Virus record (IMG/VR): IMGVR_UViG_2822699256_000006
Direction: 5' to 3' (one strand)
DNA: 64,000 nt
From: an uncultured virus (IMG/VR IMGVR_UViG_2822699256_000006)
Lineage: Duplodnaviria > Heunggongvirae > Uroviricota > Caudoviricetes
A program made the translations under genes and the position numbers. The notes under the pieces were generated by a model that was not told the DNA's origin, made no database searches, and saw nothing but the letters and a program-made list of their open reading frames with translations. Below are positions 57,504 through 64,000 of this stretch, one piece after another. Position 1 is the first letter of the stretch. Each line of letters begins with the position of its first letter.

Positions 57504-58379
57504 ATGAAATTAAAAGAAAAGAGTGCTTACTATGGAATTGAAGATTATTCGCAGGAACAGTTATTTACTATGCAGCAGCATCTATTTCAATTTGCGGAAG
57601 CTATTGGCGGTTTACCAAAAAATCATTTAGAGGTGTTTCATAAAAGAGGATGGTTATTACCATTCTTATATGCTTATGATGATTTACTTTGGGGAAGATG
57701 GAACTACTGGTTTGAAATATTAGAAAAAGAAACTATTGAAGGGTCCGGTCCAATTCCTCAAATAGAATGGGTAATGCCAGGGAATTCAGGATTTGAATTC
57801 ACTAAGAAGATGCTTATGAAATGTGTAGATCATTATGATTCTAGAATTGACTCATTTGCTCATTGGCTTCACTGGGGATTAGCATTAACAGATGAGCCGT
57901 TAAACATATCAGAAAAACTAAATCAGCATTACTATGAAAATTTCGATATGTTTTTAATGCAGAAATATCCTTCCGATTATATGTCCCATGTTTTATGTGA
58001 ACAAACAGGTAAAGGCTATAAAGATGGATTAGGATATTTTCCAACACCATACCAAGTATCTATCATGATGACACAAATAGCATATACAGATGCAGATAAC
58101 CCTATAATGGCAGAAAAATATAAAAAGCAAACTATTAATGATCCTTGTGTTGGATGTGGATCTACATTTTTACCTGCATCCAATTATTCATTAAGAGGTG
58201 CTGCTTGTGATGTCAGCAAAATTGCTATTGATTTAGTAAAGATACAAAGCAGGATATATGCACCATGGTTTTCTATGCACCCAGAACATATAAAAGGATT
58301 TGATAAGGAAGACATATTTGAATTACGTCCTTCTGAAGAAAAGAAGAGTATGGAAGGTCAATTACAATTAGTGTTCTAA
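57504..58379 (+). CDS. N6-adenine methyltransferase-like protein (HsdM-like fragment lacking NPPY)
   Basis: GYFPTPYQV, INDPCVGCGS, CDVS; no catalytic motif IV before the stop. Confidence 0.65.
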   Translation: MKLKEKSAYYGIEDYSQEQLFTMQQHLFQFAEAIGGLPKNHLEVFHKRGWLLPFLYAYDDLLWGRWNYWFEILEKETIEGSGPIPQIEWVMPGNSGFEFTKKMLMKCVDHYDSRIDSFAHWLHWGLALTDEPLNISEKLNQHYYENFDMFLMQKYPSDYMSHVLCEQTGKGYKDGLGYFPTPYQVSIMMTQIAYTDADNPIMAEKYKKQTINDPCVGCGSTFLPASNYSLRGAACDVSKIAIDLVKIQSRIYAPWFSMHPEHIKGFDKEDIFELRPSEEKKSMEGQLQLVF

Positions 58380-58398
58380 TATAGAAGGAGGATTCCAT

Positions 58399-59001
58399 AT
58401 GAACCATACGCAAGAAACAATAAAACAATTAGAAGCAGCAGCTCTTAAAGGGTTGTTTTCAAAAAAGCCAATTACAGATTTCCTCACAACAGGAAATACA
58501 CACATTATAATTCCAGGGTATACAATCGGCATTATGCTGGCATTGGAAATAGAACATCTTCTTGAGGGCGATACTTTTCAAATAAAAGCACAGCATCTAA
58601 AAACAAAAGAAATAACTACTATTACTGTCCCATGTTCAGTTAACATATATGAGGTTATTGAAGATAATCAAAGAATTGTTCATTTAAAGGACATTGCTAA
58701 AGGAGATATTATTAGTCGTTGTTTAGACGGTTCTAATTATGTAAAAATTACACACCTAAAGAACTATAATGATAATCGTAAAATTGAATATAAAAGTAGT
58801 AACTTAGAAACGGGAGATACAAGGTATTATGCCTTTATGGAACCTGAAGAACCGGTATGGCTATTCAATCCATCAATAGCTATGAACACTTCCAGCCAAA
58901 AGTTAGCCGTTATCACTGAATACATACAACAAATCAACCTAAGTGAATTATCAGAACACAATAGAAGTGTAATGACCAATATCAAGAGTATCCTTTCTTA
59001 A
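58399..59001 (+). CDS. hypothetical protein
   Basis: AAGGAGG RBS. Confidence 0.7.
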   Translation: MNHTQETIKQLEAAALKGLFSKKPITDFLTTGNTHIIIPGYTIGIMLALEIEHLLEGDTFQIKAQHLKTKEITTITVPCSVNIYEVIEDNQRIVHLKDIAKGDIISRCLDGSNYVKITHLKNYNDNRKIEYKSSNLETGDTRYYAFMEPEEPVWLFNPSIAMNTSSQKLAVITEYIQQINLSELSEHNRSVMTNIKSILS

Positions 59002-59044
59002 TTAAGCGAGTTTCTTCCTATTATATAGGAAACTATTTATAGAC

Positions 59045-59079
59045 AAAAAAAGACCCTCTGCAATAGAGGGCCTCTTTTT
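59045..59079. terminator. bidirectional terminator ending the + strand array
   Basis: A-run, ccctct...agaggg stem, T-run. Confidence 0.7.
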
Positions 59080-59116
59080 AGGAAAATCATATATATTCAT
59101 ATGACATATGTTCTGT
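59045..59116 (-). ncRNA. candidate ~70-nt small RNA
   Basis: minus-strand TTGCAT-17-TATAAT (59151-59123) about 70 nt before the terminator; no ORF. Confidence 0.4.
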
Positions 59117-59499
59117 ACTTTCATTATAATAGCTTTTTACAATTTATGCAATCATTAATGTGAGTGAAATAGCGTTGAATTATTTCGTTAAAGAGGGAGG
59201 AGGATAAAATCTCAATCTATAATCTAATTTTTTTATTTCGTCTCAAAAAACAAGAATACTTTTTGTTTTGAGATATGAGATTTTCATAAGAAATACTTTT
59301 TATAATAATAGAAAATAGTATATTAGCATTCTTCCATCTTTATGTAAATTTATATAGAAATTAAATTTTATACAAACTTATAATTATACTTAATATCTCA
59401 TAAATATAAGTAATGTAGTCTCTATGAGATGGGATTTTTTTACTTTTCACAACTTCCTATAAGATAGGTTATGTAAACTAACTAAAAGTAAGTAGGTAA

Positions 59500-59649
59500 A
59501 TAAAGCAAAACCCTCCTGATCGACAGGAAGGCTTGTTTTGCTTTATGCACTTTTTATGAGTGAATCTGATTTTATGAATTGAAGTGTACGTCGCATGTTA
59601 TACCCCTACAACATGAAACTAATCAGAGCGTCCTCTGATGTATCGATAC
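59500..59649 (-). ncRNA. candidate ~150-nt small RNA (may encode a 17-aa peptide)
   Basis: minus-strand TTGATA-17-TATAAT (59684-59656); terminator hairpin at 59502-59544. Confidence 0.5.
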
Positions 59650-59743
59650 CTCTTTATTATAATAAAAATGCATAAAGATATCAATCAGAATTTAATAACT
59701 AAATTCTTACGATTACCAGAAAGAGGAAGCTCCTTTTTAGCTA

Positions 59744-59899
59744 CTATTGTTCTTCTATTTCCAATCTTGCGAAAGATACATTTGTAGTTGATGGTTCACT
59801 TGCCGCTTCAATTTTAACTTCCTTAGAATTAGAAATAATATTTAATAGTTTTTCTATGTCCTTCTTTTCACCTTGAATCTTTAAATCTACTTTAGACAT
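59744..59899 (-). CDS. 51-aa hypothetical protein
   Basis: AGGGGG RBS; MSKVDLKIQGEKKDIEKLL... Confidence 0.6.
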   Translation of the reverse strand: MSKVDLKIQGEKKDIEKLLNIISNSKEVKIEAASEPSTTNVSFARLEIEEQ

Positions 59900-60228
59900 G
59901 CCATATTCCCCCTGTATCCTTAATTTGTAAATCCCCTCTTTTATCTTATTATATCCTCTAAGATCGTGCAATCTATCTGTTTTACTAAATCATACAAAAC
60001 ATTAAATTTATGTAAATCTCCCTTTTTTTATGCTATACTTTTATTGAGTCTATTAATCGTCATTTTTCGGCAGCCCTTAAAATACATATAACAAGGGTTG
60101 TTCTTTTTATTTTCAGAATTTTCTGTGATTTATTGAGAAATGGTATATGATGGATATAGTCTTGTCTAATTTCTGTTATGATATTTATTAAGATATATCA
60201 TATATATATATGGGATGAGGAGGATACT

Positions 60229-61323
60229 ATGAACGTTTCAGTTAAGGGGAATAAAGAAATTACTAAACTTTTAAATGAGTGGTACATTGAAATTCGTTCA
60301 AGACGCATAGGAAATGCACTGCGTTTAAAAGAAATTATTGATTCTAAGATTCACAGTATTGAAGAAGATCAAAATTTATTACTTTACTATTCACTATTAG
60401 ACTTTAGATATCAGTTTGTTGTTGATAATTTGAGTGTATCCAAAAATAGCTTCGACAAAGTTGAATCTTTTGATACACCTACAGATGATTTCTTAGCTTA
60501 TTATTATCACTTTTTCAAAGGTATGCATGCCTCTACTATTGGTGAATATAATGTAGCAAAAGAGAATTACGATAAAGCTGAAGCATTTCTAGAGAGTATT
60601 CCTGATGAATTAGAAAAAGCTGAATTTCAGTATAAGGTTGGCGCTTTCCATTATGATATTTACGAATCACTTAACTCAGTTAAATACACTACAAAAGCAA
60701 AAGAGATTTTCGAACGGCATATGGATTATGAGCGAAACGTTGGATTTTGCGAAAATCTACTTGGAATGGCATGCACCAACTTAAGAGAATGGGTATTAGC
60801 AGAAGAACATCTTGTGAAAGCAATGGATATTTTTCAAAAGCTCAATGAAGAGAAATTTATTCTTATGGTTCGCCATAACTTAGGTCTTCTCTATGCAGGG
60901 CAAAACATGTCTGAGTTGGCTATTAGATATTTATCTGAGGTGTCTGAGAAAAAGCCGAACCATTTCAAAGCAATATTCATTGAAGCAAAGGAATATTTGA
61001 AGTTAGGAGAGCACGACACAGCAGCAATGTTGATTGCAAAAGGACATCAACTATGTAATGAGTTAGGTAATGAAGAGTATTGTCATCATTTTGAGATTTT
61101 AAATGCTCTTAATGGAAAAGTTTTTGCCGAAGAGTTTGAGAAAATTGTTCTAGCAGGAGTTTCATATTTTGAAAAAGAAGAACTATATGAATACATCCAA
61201 GAGTATGAGGAGCAATTAGCAATTCGCTTTTATCAAGAGAACAATGATTCAAAAGCGAGTGAATACTTCTATTTAAGTTCTCAAGCAAGAAAAAAATCTT
61301 TTGATAAGGGGGCATTAAAATGA
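60229..61323 (+). CDS. rap: Rap-family (RRNPP) TPR regulator / aspartate phosphatase
   Basis: LLNEWY..IR, DQNLLLYYSLLDFRY, LAYYYHFFKG, IPDELEKAEF, TPR repeats. Confidence 0.9.
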   Translation: MNVSVKGNKEITKLLNEWYIEIRSRRIGNALRLKEIIDSKIHSIEEDQNLLLYYSLLDFRYQFVVDNLSVSKNSFDKVESFDTPTDDFLAYYYHFFKGMHASTIGEYNVAKENYDKAEAFLESIPDELEKAEFQYKVGAFHYDIYESLNSVKYTTKAKEIFERHMDYERNVGFCENLLGMACTNLREWVLAEEHLVKAMDIFQKLNEEKFILMVRHNLGLLYAGQNMSELAIRYLSEVSEKKPNHFKAIFIEAKEYLKLGEHDTAAMLIAKGHQLCNELGNEEYCHHFEILNALNGKVFAEEFEKIVLAGVSYFEKEELYEYIQEYEEQLAIRFYQENNDSKASEYFYLSSQARKKSFDKGALK

Positions 61324-61451
61324 AGAAAGCAATATCTAGTTTAATCGGAATTATTACAGTTTTAACCTTGACGTTTGGTGTTCAATCACCTGTGGGAGAA
61401 CAGAAAGCTCCTGATATCGTTCAATACGCACATGGAGATCATGGTGGTTGA
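61320..61451 (+). CDS. phr: Phr signalling pre-peptide, 43 aa (not in ORF track)
   Basis: overlaps the rap stop; signal peptide MKKAISSLIGIITVLTLTFGV; C-terminus QYAHGDHGG. Confidence 0.85.
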   Translation: MKKAISSLIGIITVLTLTFGVQSPVGEQKAPDIVQYAHGDHGG

Positions 61452-61489
61452 GATCCTATTTTAATGTACACTGAATAATTACTAATTCA

Positions 61490-61516
61490 AAGGGAAGAGT
61501 CATTTCTTCCCTTTTT
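61490..61516 (+). terminator. terminator after phr
   Basis: aagggaaga...tcttccctt followed by a T-run. Confidence 0.75.
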
Positions 61517-61551
61517 ATATTGTTTGAACTTGTATATGCTATCATTTCTTT

Positions 61552-61719
61552 TTAGTGAAAAATATTCCTATGCATAGATTTTAATAATTCGTTATAGTGA
61601 TTACACTCTTTTTCAGTAAGATCACTCATTGTTAATTCCTTCACAGAGCCATCTATGTAAATACCTACCGGTATGTAATTTTTGTTCTTTTCTTTAATTC
61701 CAATTGCAATTCTAATCAT
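61552..61719 (-). CDS. 55-aa hypothetical protein (not in ORF track)
   Basis: AGGAGG RBS; MIRIAIGIKEKNKNYIPVGIYIDG... Confidence 0.55.
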   Translation of the reverse strand: MIRIAIGIKEKNKNYIPVGIYIDGSVKELTMSDLTEKECNHYNELLKSMHRNIFH

Positions 61720-61868
61720 GTAATCCTCCTATATAAACTTGAACGTAGTAAATTTGAATACTCCATTTATCGGATATTCATTCCCTAAACAAAGTAAAAC
61801 TCATAAACTCTAGGCGCACACCCTTATGAATTTTACCTCATCATCTACTTGTACTTAACTCATCATTT

Positions 61869-61994
61869 TTACTCATTGTCTGAAATAGTTTCTGCATCAT
61901 ATGTAGTTAAAATTGTTTCGATTCTTTCTAAGCTGCTTTCTAAAATTTGTCCTACCATGATTAATTGTTGAGTGGTTTGAGATAAAGTAGACAT
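61869..61994 (-). CDS. 41-aa acidic helical protein, probably SOS-regulated (not in ORF track)
   Basis: AAGGGG RBS; MSTLSQTTQQLIMVGQILESSLERIETILTTYDAETISDNE. Confidence 0.6.
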   Translation of the reverse strand: MSTLSQTTQQLIMVGQILESSLERIETILTTYDAETISDNE

Positions 61995-62018
61995 GTAAAA
62001 AATTCCCCTTTCGAAAAT

Positions 62019-62072
62019 CGAACTGATGTTCTTATCTGCATTTATTATAATTGAACATCCTTATTTAGTCAA
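62019..62072 (-). promoter_or_regulatory. sigma-A promoter with LexA (Cheo) box
   Basis: TTGACT-17-TATAAT (62072-62044); cGAAC-tgat-GTTCt at 62019-62032. Confidence 0.7.
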
Positions 62073-62225
62073 TTCAATTACCAAATTCATTATAACAGCA
62101 TGAAGAATTATCCAACAATATATAATATTATACAAATATAGGATTTTTTTACTATTATTTAGCTATTTGATAATTAATATTTACCAAATGATAGTTACTA
62201 GTTAATATTAATTAAATAAAAAAAG

Positions 62226-62250
62226 AGCTACTGATATGAAATCAGTAGCT
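62226..62250 (-). terminator. terminator
   Basis: agctactgat-N5-atcagtagct with an A-run on the left. Confidence 0.75.
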
Positions 62251-62264
62251 TAAAAATTTTGACT

Positions 62265-62381
62265 CTAGTTAGCGAAATAAGTTACTACCCCTATAATAAT
62301 CGGGATAACAATAAAAATCGCCAGACACCAAAGTACAATTTTGGAAGTTGATCTTTTTCTAGCAGGTTTTGTATCTTGCAC
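62265..62381 (-). CDS. 38-aa single-pass membrane peptide (not in ORF track)
   Basis: AGGAGGTG RBS, GTG start; basic N-terminus followed by IVLWCLAIFIVIPIIIGVV. Confidence 0.6.
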   Translation of the reverse strand: MQDTKPARKRSTSKIVLWCLAIFIVIPIIIGVVTYFAN

Positions 62382-62405
62382 TTAATCACCTCCTTTATCT
62401 AAATA

Positions 62406-63152
62406 TTAATCTCTCCAAAACGAACCGCTAGTTTTGCCATTTCCATTACCATTTACAGTACAGTGTACGTTACCAATTTGAACTCCATATCCTGCTACTC
62501 CTACTTTGTAATAGAATGTTGCTTTACCGTAGTATTTTCCATTGCTAACATATCCGTTTTTATCTGAACGGTCTGTAGTAATAGTAGGATTGTAATGTTT
62601 CACTACTCGGCCACTTGTATAATTGTGCGAAGTAGCCTTACTTCCATTATAGTTGTAAGAACCTTCCACTGCATATTGAGACATTGTTATTCCGAATAGA
62701 GAAAGTGTTCCATAATGAGACACACTTCTTGATCCAGCAGCCATTTTCATCTCTGGGAAGTTAACTTCAGTCTCATTTAGTTTAACTTCATTCGCAAATT
62801 TACCTAATTTCTTTGTGTCATTGTTGAAAAATGCTGCCATTTTTTCCGGACTGTTAATGAATTCTACATACGCCTCTTGCTTTTCTTTTGAGAGCGCTTT
62901 AAATTCTTTTAATGTTTCTTTAGCCCCTGCTACTGAAAACATAACAGATGCTTTGTCTGTGATACCTGAGTCATTTGCATCTTTTACTGAATAATTCTCC
63001 AGATACTTAATATAATCTTCCGGAGTTTGAATGGAGCTTTGTGCCTTAACCTCATCTGCTTTTACTCCGTTCGGCGTTGCAAACAAAGCAGATACCAAAA
63101 ACAATGCGACAGCAACCAATAAAACTTTACTTCCTTTCAAAAGCTTTAACAC
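62406..63152 (-). CDS. secreted protein with Gly/Tyr-rich beta C-terminal domain
   Basis: GGGAGG RBS, GTG at 63152; signal peptide ending VKA-DE. Confidence 0.75.
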   Translation of the reverse strand: MLKLLKGSKVLLVAVALFLVSALFATPNGVKADEVKAQSSIQTPEDYIKYLENYSVKDANDSGITDKASVMFSVAGAKETLKEFKALSKEKQEAYVEFINSPEKMAAFFNNDTKKLGKFANEVKLNETEVNFPEMKMAAGSRSVSHYGTLSLFGITMSQYAVEGSYNYNGSKATSHNYTSGRVVKHYNPTITTDRSDKNGYVSNGKYYGKATFYYKVGVAGYGVQIGNVHCTVNGNGNGKTSGSFWRD

Positions 63153-63439
63153 AAAAAATTCCTCCCCTATATCTTTATATGCTGTCGAAACTTGGAAGTA
63201 TCTCTGAAACAAAAATAACACAAATATTTACAGAAATGTTAGCATCTTAAAATTTGTAATACAATTGTAAATATTTCCTAAATTGGAAATAGAGATGATT
63301 AGATTTAAAAAATGTTCTAAATAAATATAATTGTGCACTAAAAATATCATTTCTTCTCTTTATCATAAGAACCTCTAATACTCTTATAGCTTTATATTTA
63401 TTAATAATAAAAAGATATGATTAAATTCTTTTTAATTCG

Positions 63440-63704
63440 GTATCAAATTTTGATGGGGGGTGCACCAGATTTTGATAGGCGATTTTTCACGTATCAAAAT
63501 TTGATAGGCGATTTTTTGGGGATAAATCCATTTTGCTGTTGATAAGCAATGAAAACTTTTATTAATTTTAGGGTATCAAAATTTGATAGGCGAGGGTGTC
63601 AAATTTTGATAGGCGAGTTGTAAAAAAATGGATTGTCGGGTGTCAAATTCTGATAGGCGGCGTATCAAATCTTGATGGGCGAGGGTATCAGAATTTGATG
63701 GGCG
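63440..63704 (+). repeat. eight ~20-bp iteron-like direct repeats (GTRTCAAAWTTTGATRGGCG)
   Basis: starts at 63440, 63462, 63491, 63573, 63596, 63640, 63662, 63685; AT-rich flank upstream. Confidence 0.85.
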
Positions 63705-63758
63705 GAGAATACTAGGGTCATCCATTAAATGTAAGCAAGACAAATATTCTGACAAAAG

Positions 63759-63787
63759 TTGTTTTCTGACAACATAAGTTGTATAAT
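63759..63787 (+). promoter_or_regulatory. sigma-A-like promoter facing out of the window
   Basis: TTGTTT-17-TATAAT. Confidence 0.55.
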
Positions 63788-63855
63788 GAGTGTGTAGAGA
63801 TTAACTATCTCACATCAATGGTTTTAACTACTTAAATTAGTGCATAATAATAAAA

Positions 63856-63979
63856 GACGAGATGCTGGTAACATCCCGTCCGATATGTAACTGCTGCCGC
63901 TAGGTGGTAGGTTGCAAAAATTTTATTTTCTTTTTGAACCACCTTTATTACGTTTGGCTGACGTGGAGGTGGTTCTTTT
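63856..63979 (+). promoter_or_regulatory. structured leader resembling Bacillus plasmid rep leader/antisense-control hairpins
   Basis: gacgagatg/catcccgtc and gaaccacct...acgt-ttggctg-acgt...aggtggttc followed by a T-run. Confidence 0.5.
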
Positions 63980-64000
63980 ACGTTTATTACTGCCTTTTAC

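Noticed and set aside
1720..58050. Many minus-strand and alternate-frame ORFs in the track (e.g. 1720-1953, 18706-19023, 45713-46141, 54702-55121)
   Set aside because: They overlap well-supported + strand genes, lack RBSs and read as shadow translations.
59101..59114. Possible LexA box atgacatatgttct
   Set aside because: The left half-site deviates from GAAC at two positions.
63440..63704. CRISPR array
   Set aside because: Repeats are about 20 bp, degenerate and mostly separated by 2-3 bp, with no uniform spacers and no cas genes.

Overview
AT-rich (roughly 30% GC by eye) Firmicutes extrachromosomal DNA, most consistent with a Bacillus cereus-group megaplasmid or phage-plasmid. Bases 1-59,000 form one co-oriented (+) array of more than 110 ORFs. 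It includes a near-complete DNA-metabolism kit: two SNF2-like helicases, RecD-like and PcrA-like helicases, SSB, RecA, a Rad52-like annealing protein, Mu-Gam-like and Hjc-like proteins, DnaG primase, a DnaN clamp and a tandem-domain ThyX. It also holds degenerate UDG- and methyltransferase-like proteins, a radical SAM/Ycf46-AAA/DUF1257/DUF2997 module and many small phage-like ORFs. The last 5 kb contain a Rap-Phr pair, several minus-strand small transcription units, a secreted protein with a small membrane peptide, and an iteron-like repeat array with a plasmid rep-leader-like region. No virion, conjugation, tRNA or CRISPR genes were seen. Main unexplained signals: (1) nine same-orientation intergenic hairpins with covarying stems, an invariant C-TCC-G loop (C-GGA-G on the template strand) and a TGTwTwwG box exactly 6 nt after the loop, several directly upstream of replication genes; (2) an approximately 750-nt ORF-free, highly base-paired candidate large ncRNA at about 32.6-33.4 kb; (3) a 14-bp palindromic operator, TGTAATGCATTACA, at several promoters. 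All family assignments come from motif recognition by eye, not database searches.
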